Source of the DNA: Actinomycetales bacterium
Lineage (GTDB): Bacteria > Actinomycetota > Actinomycetes > Actinomycetales > Microbacteriaceae
Assembly (NCBI GenBank): GCA_038328315.1
Contig: JBBQLW010000001.1
Coordinates: 1-51,024, forward strand
Reading direction: 5' to 3'
Length of the DNA: 51,024 nt
Part shown: positions 18,998-29,312 of the stretch, one piece after another
Layout: the number at the start of each line of letters is the position of its first letter
Numbering within the stretch: position 1 is the first letter of the stretch
Notes under the pieces: model-generated
Told to the model about the DNA's origin: nothing
Databases searched by the model: none
Seen by the model: only the letters and a program-made list of their open reading frames with translations
Translations under genes and position numbers: made by a program

Positions 18998-19023
18998 GTG
19001 GAGCAAAGTGGAGTAAAGTGGGG
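18998..19023 (+). promoter_or_regulatory. MraZ operator, three GTGG(A/G)G boxes at 10-bp period overlapping a TAAAGT -10
   Basis: GTGGAG 18998, GTGGAG 19008, GTGGGG 19018, directly upstream of mraZ. Confidence 0.85.
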
Positions 19024-19065
19024 CAAACCTGAATCCGGGCCGGAGAATGAGGGGAGGGGCCGATC

Positions 19066-19497
19066 ATGTTTGTTGGCACCCACACCCCGAAACTTGATGA
19101 CAAAGGGCGCGTGATTCTGCCCGCCAAGTTTCGCGATCAGCTCGCAGCAGGCATGTTCGTCACGCGCGGGCAAGAGCGTTGCCTGTATGTCTTCAGCCAA
19201 CGCGAGTTCGAAGACATCAACGAAAAGATCCGCCAAGCCTCGATCACGAGTAAACAGAGTCGTGACTTCATCCGCCTGTTTCTGTCTGGTGCAAGTCATG
19301 AGATTCCCGACAGTCAGAACCGCATCAACATTCCGCAGAACTTGCGCAGCTACGCGGGACTTGACCGAGAGCTCACGGTGATCGGTGCTGGTGCGCGTGC
19401 CGAGATCTGGAACACCGAAACTTGGAACACCTACTACGAGAACGCCGAGTCTGACTTCGTGAATACGACGGAGGAGGTGATCCCCGGGCTGTTTTGA
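19066..19497 (+). CDS. mraZ: dcw cluster transcriptional repressor MraZ
   Basis: [36 protein letters not shown]. Confidence 0.96.
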   Translation: MFVGTHTPKLDDKGRVILPAKFRDQLAAGMFVTRGQERCLYVFSQREFEDINEKIRQASITSKQSRDFIRLFLSGASHEIPDSQNRINIPQNLRSYAGLDRELTVIGAGARAEIWNTETWNTYYENAESDFVNTTEEVIPGLF

Positions 19498-19504
19498 TCC
19501 TTTG

Positions 19505-19575
19505 ACGCTGACTCCCAGCCGAACGCCCTGACTTACTTCCCCGAAGTCAGGTCGACTCGGATGGGGATCAGCGCC
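19505..19575 (+). ncRNA. mraW RNA motif (actinobacterial cis element)
   Basis: Long hairpin: cgctga/tcagcg outer stem, cctgac/gtcagg inner stem, CUUCCCC in the terminal loop; lies between mraZ and mraW. Confidence 0.8.
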
Positions 19576-19595
19576 CAAGGCGATCGCCTCGCACC

Positions 19596-20549
19596 ATGTC
19601 AGACAACACCATCCATACTCCCGTCCTGCTTGAGCGCTCTCTCGAGTTGCTAGGCCCAGCGATCAGCGGCGAGAACGCGGTTGTCGTCGATGCAACGCTC
19701 GGAATGGGTGGTCATGCCGCAGCGATCCTCGAACGGTTTCCGTCTGTGACGCTCGTCGGTATTGACCGTGACACTGAAGCGCTCGACATCGCTCGCGAAC
19801 GCCTGTCTCCGTATGCGAAGCGAGTTCGCCTCGTTCACGCGGTCTACGACGAGATTGAAGGCGTTCTTGCCGACCTCCGATTCGAGCGCGTCGCTGGCAT
19901 CCTGTTCGATCTCGGTGTCTCTTCCTTGCAACTCGATCGCGTCGAGCGTGGCTTCTCATACTCGAAAGATGCGCCTCTTGACATGCGCATGGATACCACC
20001 AGCGCTCGTACCGCCGCGACAATCCTCGCAACCTACAGCGAGCTAGAGCTGCGAAGGATCTTCTACGAATTGGGTGACGAAAAACTCGCGCCTCGGTTTG
20101 CTTCACGTATCGTGCAGCGTCGGCTGGAGCATCCAATCACGCGTTCTGCTGACCTTGTCGAACTGATCATCGGGGCGACTCCCGCAGCAGCTGCGCGCTC
20201 GGGCCACCCGGCAAAACGCGTGTTCCAAGCGCTGAGAATAGAGGTCAATCAGGAACTTGCGGTTCTCGCGCGCGCGATTCCGGCTGCGCTTGATTGCCTT
20301 GCTCTCGGTGGGCGAGTCGTTATTTTGTCGTACCAATCGCTCGAAGACCGTTTGGTGAAGCGCGAGTTTCAGGCTCGTGCCGCGTCCACCGCGCCAGTTG
20401 GCCTGCCGGTTGAACTGCCGCACCACCGGCCGGAGTTTCGCCTGCTGGTTCGAGGTGCCGAGCTGGCGAGCGTCGAGGAGCGCTCGATTAACCCGCGGTC
20501 CGCCTCAGTGCGATTGCGGGCCGCAGAGCGATCGCGGGAGGCGGCATGA
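19596..20549 (+). CDS. rsmH: 16S rRNA m4C1402 methyltransferase RsmH
   Basis: HTPVLL, DATLGMGGH, DLGVSSLQLD, QALRIEVNQEL, NPRSASVRLR. Confidence 0.96.
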   Translation: MSDNTIHTPVLLERSLELLGPAISGENAVVVDATLGMGGHAAAILERFPSVTLVGIDRDTEALDIARERLSPYAKRVRLVHAVYDEIEGVLADLRFERVAGILFDLGVSSLQLDRVERGFSYSKDAPLDMRMDTTSARTAATILATYSELELRRIFYELGDEKLAPRFASRIVQRRLEHPITRSADLVELIIGATPAAAARSGHPAKRVFQALRIEVNQELAVLARAIPAALDCLALGGRVVILSYQSLEDRLVKREFQARAASTAPVGLPVELPHHRPEFRLLVRGAELASVEERSINPRSASVRLRAAERSREAA

Positions 20550-21199
20550 GCGCCAACTTCGCCTACGCAAACCCGGCTTATGCACGGCCGCTTCGGTATG
20601 AACCGAGCCGAGATGCCAATGGCCAGCACGACCCGCAACAAGGCGCTGCTCGAAGTCGGCCCACCCGCGTTGAGATTGTCACCACTCGAGCCCAGCGAAA
20701 CGCCCGCCCAAAGTTGGCATACTCCGTTGTCACGATCGTGAGCTTGTTTGTGATTTTTGCCGCCCAATTGCTGTTGAGCATTGTGGTTTCCGATGGCGCC
20801 TATCAGCTTTCTGGACTGCAGGTGCAGCAAAAGGAACTCCTGCGCACCGAACAGGCGCTTCTGGAACAGTTGCAGGTGCTCGGTTCGACGCAGCATCTTG
20901 CTGCCAATGCCGCCCATCTCGGCATGGTGCCAGGGTCGAATCCGCTGTATCTCGACCTTGCAACCGGCGCAGTATCGAGCGCTCCGGGCACTGCCGATCC
21001 CTTGGGTTGCGGCGGCGGCTGCAGCATGGTCGCCAACTCACTTCTGAACGGGGTTCCGCTCGTGGATGCCGCCTCTGTCGCCGCGCAGACCGCGGCGGTT
21101 GCCCCATCAAGCGCTCAACCTGCGGCCGTTCAGGCACCCGCAGCACAGTCGGTGCCCAGTGCCAACCCAGACGTGCTTCCGGCGCCTCTCACCAACTGA
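20546..21199 (+). CDS. ftsL: FtsL-like bitopic division protein
   Basis: One TM followed by a leucine heptad and LAANAAHLGMVP; between rsmH and ftsI. Confidence 0.75.
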   Translation: MSANFAYANPAYARPLRYEPSRDANGQHDPQQGAARSRPTRVEIVTTRAQRNARPKLAYSVVTIVSLFVIFAAQLLLSIVVSDGAYQLSGLQVQQKELLRTEQALLEQLQVLGSTQHLAANAAHLGMVPGSNPLYLDLATGAVSSAPGTADPLGCGGGCSMVANSLLNGVPLVDAASVAAQTAAVAPSSAQPAAVQAPAAQSVPSANPDVLPAPLTN

Positions 21200-21218
21200 G
21201 CGTCAGGACTGCAGTCCC

Positions 21219-22949
21219 ATGAATACACGGCGAGCTCGACTGCGAATCTCCGGCATGGTGCTCGTGGTCTTCTTCATGGTGACCGTGTTCGTGGTGCGAC
21301 TCGTCGACATCCAGATCGTGCGTGCCGATGAGCTCAACGCCCAATCGCTCGAAAAGCGCGCCCAAGAGCTCGTCACCTACGGCGTTCGCGGAGAAATCGT
21401 AGACGCGCACGGCGCAGTGCTCGCCGACAGCGTTGAGCGCTACGACATCACTGTCTCGCCACGGGCCAGCTTGGCGCGCGAGAACGCGATGGGTGTGATT
21501 GCCGATGGACTTGCTCGAATCGCGGCGGTTACACAACAGAATCCAGACGATCTCATGGCCGTGATTCTTGCGGATCCAGAGTCTGATTTCGAGTACCTTA
21601 CGCAGGGTGTGACGCTCGACACCTTTCGCGCGGTTGATGCCTTGAACATTCCGTGGGTGTACTTCGAGCTGCGAAACGGACGGAGCTACCCGAACGGCGA
21701 AGTCGCTGGCAATCTGGTCGGCTTTATCGGAACCGATGGCCCGCAGGCTGGCGTTGAGTACACCGAGGATGCTTGTCTCGCGAGCACCGATGGAGTCTCT
21801 GTCTATGAGAAGGGTGAAGACGGGGTCCGCATCCCTGGCAGCGAAGCCACCACGCGCGAACCGACCAACGGCGGCACCCTGCGCCTCACGATCGACCGAG
21901 ACCTGCAGTGGTGGGTGCAGCAGCGAATGGAGCAGGCAGCTCAGCAACTCGGAGCGACGTGGGCAACTGCTGTCGTCATCCGCGTGAGCGATGGCAATCT
22001 CATGGCCGTTACCGATTACCCCACTGTCGACCCGAACAATGTCAACGACGCTGCGCGAGAGGCGCTTGGCTCGGTGGCCTTCACGACGCCGTACGAGCCC
22101 GGATCAACCATCAAGGTGCTGACCGCAGCGTCGCTACTCGATGCCGGAGTGGTCAGCCAGGACTCGCAGATTTTTGCTCCATACTCGGTCGAGTTTCCGG
22201 GGGCGGGTGTGATCAGCAATGCGTTCTACGGTCCGGAACGTCTCACCCTTGCTGGCTCGCTTGTTGAGTCATCGAATACGGCAACGGCCGGGTTCTCGGA
22301 GTTACTCGCGCCCGAAGCGCGACACGACTACCTCGCCGGCTTCGGGTTCGGCGAGTACACCGAGGTCGGCTTCAACGGTGAATCCAGCGGAACTCTCTAC
22401 CCGGCGTCCGAGTGGGATCGTCGCACCAATTACACCGTGCAATTCGGCCAGGGGATGACCGCGACGTCAGTGCAAATGGCGAGCGCGTACCAGACACTCG
22501 CAAACGGGGGAGTGCGCATGCCGGTCACCCTCGTCGAAGGCTGCGAATGGCCGGATGGCACGGTAACCGAAGTCCCGCCGACCGAAGGTACTCGCGTGGT
22601 TTCAGAAGCGGCTGCTCGCCAAACCGTCGAGATGATGGAAATGGTCGCGACCTCAAGCGGTTCGGCTCCGAACCTGCAAATCCCCGGCTACCGTGTCGCT
22701 GTCAAGAGCGGCACCGCAGAGGTCGCAGAGGCCGGGGGCTACGCAGACAACAAAGTCGTACTGTCGTACGCGGGCATGGCGCCAGCAGAGGATCCGCTGT
22801 ATGCCGTCGTCGTTACCGCTGGGGTCAACGACAGAGTCTTCTCGGGTAGGATCGCATCGACGTTTCGGGATGTCATGGCGCAGACACTCACCACCTTCCG
22901 GGTCCCGCCATCGACGACACCCTCGCCGAATCTCCCCCTGACGTGGTGA
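21219..22949 (+). CDS. ftsI: Class B penicillin-binding protein FtsI
   Basis: RGEIVD, YEPGSTIK (SxxK), SSN, KSGTA; N-terminal TM. Confidence 0.93.
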   Translation: MNTRRARLRISGMVLVVFFMVTVFVVRLVDIQIVRADELNAQSLEKRAQELVTYGVRGEIVDAHGAVLADSVERYDITVSPRASLARENAMGVIADGLARIAAVTQQNPDDLMAVILADPESDFEYLTQGVTLDTFRAVDALNIPWVYFELRNGRSYPNGEVAGNLVGFIGTDGPQAGVEYTEDACLASTDGVSVYEKGEDGVRIPGSEATTREPTNGGTLRLTIDRDLQWWVQQRMEQAAQQLGATWATAVVIRVSDGNLMAVTDYPTVDPNNVNDAAREALGSVAFTTPYEPGSTIKVLTAASLLDAGVVSQDSQIFAPYSVEFPGAGVISNAFYGPERLTLAGSLVESSNTATAGFSELLAPEARHDYLAGFGFGEYTEVGFNGESSGTLYPASEWDRRTNYTVQFGQGMTATSVQMASAYQTLANGGVRMPVTLVEGCEWPDGTVTEVPPTEGTRVVSEAAARQTVEMMEMVATSSGSAPNLQIPGYRVAVKSGTAEVAEAGGYADNKVVLSYAGMAPAEDPLYAVVVTAGVNDRVFSGRIASTFRDVMAQTLTTFRVPPSTTPSPNLPLTW

Positions 22950-22977
22950 GGAACGCACAAGAGAAACGAGGATCGCG

Positions 22978-24393
22978 GTGATCGGGCTGAGCCTTCAGGA
23001 CATCGCGACAGCGATCGACGGTCGACTGGCAAAGGTTCCCGATGCCACCGCAGTCGTGTCGGGGCCAGTCGAGACGGACTCCAGGCGAGTACAGCACGGT
23101 GGTGTTTTCGTTGCGCTGCCTGGCGAATTCACCGACGGCCATCTTTTTGTTGGCCACGTGTTGGGAGCGGGCGCCGCAGTTGCGGTGGTTGAACGTGAAC
23201 TGGACGTCGCGATTCCTCAGATCGTTGTGGCGAGTTCCCTCGTGGCGCTTTCCGCCCTGGCCAAAGAGGTCCTTGATCGGGTCCGCAGCGCGCGCGAGGC
23301 AAATGGGTCGCCGATTCACGTGGTCGCGGTCACTGGATCGAATGGCAAGACCACCACCAAGAACATGCTGCGCGGCATCTTCGAGGCCGAGGGCCCGACG
23401 GTCGCCCCCCGCGGATCATTCAATAACGAGGTCGGCGCTCCGATCTCGATTCTGGAAGTCGACTACGACACCCGATTTCTCGTGATCGAAATGGGAGCAG
23501 ACTCGGTCGGCGATGTTGGAAAGCTCGTCTCTATCGGGCGACCAGACGTTGGGATCGTGCTCACGGTTGGAATGGCACACATCGGCAAATTTGGTGATCA
23601 GGATGCTATCGCCAGCGCGAAGTCCGAAATGGTCACCGATCTGCCAGAGTCCGCGATCGCGGTGCTCAACCACGACGACTGGCGCGTTGCGGCGATGGCC
23701 GAGCAGACGAGGGCGAGGGTGCAGCGGTTCGGACTTGGCGCGGGGGCAGACGTGCGCGCCGAGGACCTCGAGGTGACGGCATCCGGTACTCACTTCACGC
23801 TGACCGCCAGCGGGAAGTCGCTACCAGTCACCATGCGAATTCTTGGCGAGCATCACGTGTCGAACGCGCTTGCTGCGATCACAGCTGCGCTTGCGGTCGG
23901 CATACCGGTCGAACGCTCCGTTGCCGCGCTCGAGCGAATGAGAATTGCCGAACGTTGGCGCATGCAATTGATGGATGGCGCGAATGGCATCACCATCATC
24001 AACGACGCGTATAACGCCAGTCCCGAGTCTGTGGTCGCGGCGCTCAAGACGCTCGCCCAGCTCGGTCGAGGCGGAAGGCGCTCTGTCGCAGTGCTCGGCG
24101 AGATGGCAGAACTCGGGGACTTCGCAGACGAGGAACACGACCGGATCGGTCGACTCGTGGTGCGGCTCAACATCGAGAAGCTCATCGTTGTCGGCCATGC
24201 TGCAAGGCACATCCACAATGCTGCTGGGCTGGAGGGCTCGTGGGATGGAGAGTCGGTGCTCGTTGCCGATGTCGACGACGCATACGATGTGCTTCGTGAC
24301 GAGCTGCGCGGTGGGGACATCGTTCTCGTGAAGTCCTCAAATTCGGCCGGGCTGCGAATGCTCGGTGACCGACTCGCTGGGCTCGACTCGTGA
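22978..24393 (+). CDS. murF: UDP-MurNAc-tripeptide--D-Ala-D-Ala ligase MurF
   Basis: [45 protein letters not shown]. Confidence 0.95.
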   Translation: MIGLSLQDIATAIDGRLAKVPDATAVVSGPVETDSRRVQHGGVFVALPGEFTDGHLFVGHVLGAGAAVAVVERELDVAIPQIVVASSLVALSALAKEVLDRVRSAREANGSPIHVVAVTGSNGKTTTKNMLRGIFEAEGPTVAPRGSFNNEVGAPISILEVDYDTRFLVIEMGADSVGDVGKLVSIGRPDVGIVLTVGMAHIGKFGDQDAIASAKSEMVTDLPESAIAVLNHDDWRVAAMAEQTRARVQRFGLGAGADVRAEDLEVTASGTHFTLTASGKSLPVTMRILGEHHVSNALAAITAALAVGIPVERSVAALERMRIAERWRMQLMDGANGITIINDAYNASPESVVAALKTLAQLGRGGRRSVAVLGEMAELGDFADEEHDRIGRLVVRLNIEKLIVVGHAARHIHNAAGLEGSWDGESVLVADVDDAYDVLRDELRGGDIVLVKSSNSAGLRMLGDRLAGLDS

Positions 24394-25487
24394 TCGCGAT
24401 CCTGATTGGTGGCGGTGTATCCCTCGCCTTCACGCTGCTGCTCACACCACTGTTCATCCGGCTGTTCCGTCGACTCAAGTGGGGCCAATTCATTCGGGAC
24501 GACGGTCCGCAATCGCATCACATCAAGCGTGGAACGCCGACCATGGGCGGCATTATTTTCATCATCGGCGCAGTCGTTGGGTACTTCGCCGGCCACGCCC
24601 TCTCAAGCGAACCCGTCAGCCTCTCTGGGCTCTTGGTGATCTACCTGATGGTGGGACTTGGCGCGATCGGGTTCATTGACGACTTCATGAAGACCCGCAA
24701 GCAGCGCAGCCTTGGGCTTGGCGGCTGGGCGAAAGTGGCAGGTCAGGTCATCGTCGCTGGCGGCTTTGCCGCGCTTGCGCTGAACTTTCCCGATGCCAAT
24801 GGCCACACTCCGGCGTCCTCGATGGTCTCGGCCGTTCGTGACATCCCTTGGCTCGACTTCATGGTGTTCGGAGCTGTCATTGGCGGCATCCTGTTTGCCG
24901 TCTGGGTCACCATCATCATCGTGAGCGCATCAAACGGCGTCAACGTCGCAGACGGCCTCGATGGGCTCGCAACCGGGGCTGCGATTTTCGCGATCTCGTC
25001 GTACATCTTCATCGGCTTCTGGCAGTTCAATCAGGCGTGCTCAAACCCGCAGCTGGATGAGGATTTGCGGTACAAGTGCTACGAGGTGCGAGACCCTCTC
25101 GACCTCGCGATCATGGCCGCAGCGCTTGCTGGCGCGCTCATCGGCTTTCTGTGGTGGAACACCTCGCCAGCCCAGATCTTCATGGGGGACACTGGCTCGC
25201 TCGGTATCGGCGGAGCGCTTGCAGCGTTCGCCATCCTCAGCCGCACGGAGTTGCTGCTCATCGTCATCGGAGGTTTGTTCCTGATCGTGACCGGTTCAGT
25301 GATTCTGCAGCGGGCCTACTTCAAGATCAGCGGCGGAAAACGCATCTTCCTGATGAGTCCACTGCATCATCATTTTGAGCTCAAGGGCTGGGCCGAGATC
25401 ACTGTCGTCGTGCGCTTCTGGCTGATCTCTGGACTGTTTGTTGCTGTTGGAGTCGGTTTGTTCTATCTCGAATGGGTTTACCGGTAG
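24390..25487 (+). CDS. mraY: Phospho-MurNAc-pentapeptide transferase MraY
   Basis: [38 protein letters not shown]. Confidence 0.97.
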   Translation: MIAILIGGGVSLAFTLLLTPLFIRLFRRLKWGQFIRDDGPQSHHIKRGTPTMGGIIFIIGAVVGYFAGHALSSEPVSLSGLLVIYLMVGLGAIGFIDDFMKTRKQRSLGLGGWAKVAGQVIVAGGFAALALNFPDANGHTPASSMVSAVRDIPWLDFMVFGAVIGGILFAVWVTIIIVSASNGVNVADGLDGLATGAAIFAISSYIFIGFWQFNQACSNPQLDEDLRYKCYEVRDPLDLAIMAAALAGALIGFLWWNTSPAQIFMGDTGSLGIGGALAAFAILSRTELLLIVIGGLFLIVTGSVILQRAYFKISGGKRIFLMSPLHHHFELKGWAEITVVVRFWLISGLFVAVGVGLFYLEWVYR

Positions 25488-25489
25488 CA

Positions 25490-26986
25490 GTGCGCGACCT
25501 CGATGAACTTACGAGTTGGCACGCTGACTGGAGCGGCTTGCGGGTCGCCGTGCTCGGCCTCGGTGCAACCGGGCTCGCAGCCACAGACACACTCACAGAA
25601 CTTGGCGCAGCGGTGCTCGTCGTTGCTGCTCATGCCTCGGAGGAGCGCTCAGCCATCGTTGAGGTGGTCGGTGCGCGGCTCGTTTCTGACAGTGCGGCGG
25701 AGTCCGCGCTTGATGCACACAATCCCGAGTTGTTCGTGGTGTCGCCCGGCTACCCGCCGAATCACCGGCTCATCGTGTGGGCTCAGGAACGCGGCATCCC
25801 GATCTGGGGAGATATTGAACTGGCATGGCGGCTGCGTGACAAGGTGGGGGAACCTGCCGAGTGGATTGTTGTCACTGGAACCAACGGCAAAACCACAACC
25901 GCGCAATTGACTGAACACTTGCTGCGCGGCGCTGGACTGCGGGTTGCCGCTGTCGGCAACATCGGGACTCCGGTGCTCGACGCGGTGCGGCGCCCTGAGG
26001 GGTTCGACGTGCTCGTCGTCGAACTGTCGAGTTTTCAATTGCACTGGCTCGCTCGAGCTGGCACCGGGTCTCTTCACCCACTCGCGAGCGTGTGCCTGAA
26101 CCTCGCTGACGACCACCTCGATTGGCACGGTTCAGTGACGGCATACCGCGAGGCGAAGGCCACCGTGTACTGGAACACGAAGGTCGCGTGTGTCTACAAC
26201 AAGGCCGATCGCGCGACGATCGCGATGGTCGAGGACGCCGAGGTCCAAGACGGTGCTCGGGCGATCGGGTTTGGGCTTGACGCACCGGGTCAGAGTGACT
26301 TCGGAGTCGTCGACGGGATTCTCCTCGATCGGGCATTCCTCGAGGATCGAGAACGTGCAGCCCTTGAACTGACTACCGTGGCAGAGCTGAGTGATGCTGG
26401 CCTCGCGAGTCCGCACAATGTATCCAATGTGCTTGCGGCCTGCGCGCTTGCGCGCGCCGCCGGAACATCAATTGAAACTGTGCGCGCAAGCCTCGCACGC
26501 TTTCGGCTCGACCAGCACCGCACCGAGGCGGTCGCGTTTGCGGGCGAGATTCTGTGGGTCAATGACTCAAAGGCGACCAACCCGCACGCTGCGGAGGCGG
26601 CTCTTCGGTCATTCGACTCTGTCGTCTGGGTGGTGGGCGGACTGCTCAAGGGCGTTGACATCAACTCGATCGTCAAGGCCAACGCCAATCGGCTGCGCGC
26701 AGCGGTTGTTATCGGTAACGACCGCGAGGCCGTGCTGTCGGCCTTCGCGCGACACGCCCCGGAGGTCGCCGTTCTCGAGGTATCCGCGAGTCAGACTGAT
26801 CAGGTCATGCTGGAGGCAGTGCGCCTAGCGGGTGGCGTTGCGTTTCCTGGCGACGTCGTTCTGCTGGCTCCGGCTGCGGCATCAATGGACCAGTTTGTGG
26901 ATTACGCGGATCGCGGTCGTCGATTTGCGGCGGCGGTGACGGAGTATCTGGGAGGTGAAGATGGCAATGAGGACAGCCGAACGTAG
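25490..26986 (+). CDS. murD: UDP-MurNAc-peptide--D-glutamate ligase MurD (start may be ATG 25472)
   Basis: VTGTNGKTTT, GNIG, ELSSFQL, DHLDWH, NDSKATN, LLAPAAASMDQF. Confidence 0.95.
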   Translation: MRDLDELTSWHADWSGLRVAVLGLGATGLAATDTLTELGAAVLVVAAHASEERSAIVEVVGARLVSDSAAESALDAHNPELFVVSPGYPPNHRLIVWAQERGIPIWGDIELAWRLRDKVGEPAEWIVVTGTNGKTTTAQLTEHLLRGAGLRVAAVGNIGTPVLDAVRRPEGFDVLVVELSSFQLHWLARAGTGSLHPLASVCLNLADDHLDWHGSVTAYREAKATVYWNTKVACVYNKADRATIAMVEDAEVQDGARAIGFGLDAPGQSDFGVVDGILLDRAFLEDRERAALELTTVAELSDAGLASPHNVSNVLAACALARAAGTSIETVRASLARFRLDQHRTEAVAFAGEILWVNDSKATNPHAAEAALRSFDSVVWVVGGLLKGVDINSIVKANANRLRAAVVIGNDREAVLSAFARHAPEVAVLEVSASQTDQVMLEAVRLAGGVAFPGDVVLLAPAAASMDQFVDYADRGRRFAAAVTEYLGGEDGNEDSRT

Positions 26987-28211
26987 CCCAAGCGGGCCGG
27001 TCGTGGCCCGCATTCCCGTTGCGACAATCTTCCGCGCCGAAAATCGCACCTATTTTCTTATTCTCGGCACCACGACTTTCCTCGTGCTGTTCGGCCTTGT
27101 CATGGTGCTTTCTTCGTCGTTTGTTGAGGCGCAATCGGCCGGGGACGATCCGTTTGGAGTCTTTATCCGGCAGAGCCTGTACGCCGTGATTGGCATACCG
27201 CTCATGCTGTTGGCTTCCCGCATGCCAGTGTCGTTCTGGAAACGCTGGGCATGGCCGGCCGTGCTGCTGGGTGGAGTGCTGCAGTTGCTGGTATTTGTGC
27301 CGGGCATTGGCTTTGGCTACGGCGGAAACACCAACTGGATCTCGATCGGCACCATCACGGCCCAGCCATCTGAGTTTGTAAAATTTGCCCTCATCGTGTG
27401 GGTTGCTTGGGTGCTGTCCACGAAAGAGCACTTGCTCGCCGACTGGAAAGAACTCGCGATTCCCATTGCCCCGGTCGCTGGGCTCGCGATCGGTCTCGTA
27501 CTCATCGGCAACGACCTCGGCACCGCGAGCGTGATGGTACTGATCGTCCTCGGCTCGATGTTTTTCGCGGGCGCGAAGCTGCGCTTCCTCCTTGTCGCTG
27601 TTATCGCGATTGGTCTGATCGTTCGGGTCATCGCCTTCGCCAGCCCATCGCGAACTCAACGCATCGACATCTGGCTAAACGGCTGCACGGAAGCCGACTA
27701 TCAGGGGCTGTGCTGGCAACTGCAGCACGGAATGTGGGCGCTTGCATCCGGCGGGGTCTTCGGGGTCGGCTTGGGCAACTCCAAGGCGAAGCGCAACTGG
27801 CTACCAGAGGCCGAGAACGACTTCATCTTTGCGATAATCGGGGAAGAACTCGGACTCATTGGCGCCATCGTGGTGCTTGCGTTGTTCATTGTGCTCGCGA
27901 TTGGGTTCGTGAGAGTGATCCGCACAACGCGTGACAGCTATGCACGCATCGCTGTTGCGGGCGTCATGGTCTGGGTTATCGGACAAGCCTTCGCGAACAT
28001 CGCAGTCGTCCTCGGTGTGTTGCCAGTTCTCGGGGTGCCGTTACCGCTGATATCCGCTGGTGGGTCAGCGCTTATCGCGACCCTGCTCGGAATCGGCCTT
28101 GTCTTGTCCTTTGCCCGAAACGGTCGGGCAGTTCAGCGCGAGACTGTCGAGCAGAGTCCAGCCGACCGTTCACGCCTCTTGGCCGCTGAGCGCGGACGCT
28201 CGCGCTCGTGA
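26961..28211 (+). CDS. ftsW: SEDS glycosyltransferase FtsW
   Basis: QPSEFVK, NDLGT, LPEAENDFIFAIIGEELG, GVPLPLISAGGS; GGAGG RBS. Confidence 0.95.
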   Translation: MAMRTAERSPSGPVVARIPVATIFRAENRTYFLILGTTTFLVLFGLVMVLSSSFVEAQSAGDDPFGVFIRQSLYAVIGIPLMLLASRMPVSFWKRWAWPAVLLGGVLQLLVFVPGIGFGYGGNTNWISIGTITAQPSEFVKFALIVWVAWVLSTKEHLLADWKELAIPIAPVAGLAIGLVLIGNDLGTASVMVLIVLGSMFFAGAKLRFLLVAVIAIGLIVRVIAFASPSRTQRIDIWLNGCTEADYQGLCWQLQHGMWALASGGVFGVGLGNSKAKRNWLPEAENDFIFAIIGEELGLIGAIVVLALFIVLAIGFVRVIRTTRDSYARIAVAGVMVWVIGQAFANIAVVLGVLPVLGVPLPLISAGGSALIATLLGIGLVLSFARNGRAVQRETVEQSPADRSRLLAAERGRSRS

Positions 28212-29302
28212 CCACGTATTTGCTGGCCGGCGGAGGCACTGCCGGTCACGTCAACCCCCTGCTCGCGATCGCCGATCGACTTCGTTCGCGCGATCCCGAT
28301 GCGGAGGTGCTCGTTCTCGGAACCGCTGAAGGCATCGAGGCGCGGCTGGTGCCTGAACGTGGTTATGAGCTCATCACGATCCCGCGTTTGCCGTTTCCGC
28401 GTCGACCATCCGGCGCGGCATTTCGATTCCCGAAGGCGTTCGGTGAGACTGTCACCCGAATTCGCAAGACCATGCGCGAGCGCGAGGTGGATGTCGTCTT
28501 TGGTGTTGGTGGGTACGCGGCTGCACCCGCGTATGTGGCAGCACACCGCGAGTCACTGCCGCTTGCCATCCACGAAGCCAACGCTCGCCCCGGAATTGCG
28601 AATCGCCTCGGTGCCCGCTACACCTCGCACGTCGGAGTGGCCTTTGTCGGCACCCCGCTGCCCCGCGCCACTGTTGTCGGGATGCCCCTTCGAGTCGAGA
28701 TCGAGCTGCTGGACCGGTTTACTGCCAGACAGGAGGCGATCGGGTTCTTTGGCCTTGACGCGAACCGCCCAACGTTGCTGGTCACTGGCGGTTCCTCTGG
28801 GGCACAGCGCATGAACGAAACCGTCAGTGAGTCCATTGCGGTTATTCTCGGGGTCGGATGGCAAGTCATCCACATCACCGGTGAGTTTCGCGACACCGTC
28901 GAGCACCGCGGACTGCCTGGCTATCACGTGCTCAAGTACTGCGACCGCATGGAGCTTGCGCTCGCTGTCGCCGATCTTGCGGTTACCCGGGCAGGGACCT
29001 CAACCGTCGCAGAACTCGCGGCCATCGGAGTGCCAGCCGTCTTCGTGCCGTATCCGGTCGGCAACGGCGAGCAGAAGTTCAATGTGCGGCAGGCGGTGAA
29101 GGCAGGGGGCGCGATCATCGTCCACGACGCCGCATTCACTCCCGCCTGGGTCTCTACCGAGTTGATCGCGCTGTTGCGCAACCGCGCCCGCATCGCTGAG
29201 ATGGCAGCGCGAATGGCAACGACGGGCATTCGGGATGCCACTGACCGCATGATCGCCGTCATCGACAGCGCGGCGGCGGCTGCCACCAGCACGCAGCGCT
29301 AG
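28208..29302 (+). CDS. murG: MurG glycosyltransferase
   Basis: [39 protein letters not shown]. Confidence 0.96.
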   Translation: MTTYLLAGGGTAGHVNPLLAIADRLRSRDPDAEVLVLGTAEGIEARLVPERGYELITIPRLPFPRRPSGAAFRFPKAFGETVTRIRKTMREREVDVVFGVGGYAAAPAYVAAHRESLPLAIHEANARPGIANRLGARYTSHVGVAFVGTPLPRATVVGMPLRVEIELLDRFTARQEAIGFFGLDANRPTLLVTGGSSGAQRMNETVSESIAVILGVGWQVIHITGEFRDTVEHRGLPGYHVLKYCDRMELALAVADLAVTRAGTSTVAELAAIGVPAVFVPYPVGNGEQKFNVRQAVKAGGAIIVHDAAFTPAWVSTELIALLRNRARIAEMAARMATTGIRDATDRMIAVIDSAAAAATSTQR

Positions 29303-29312
29303 CATTGCCACA

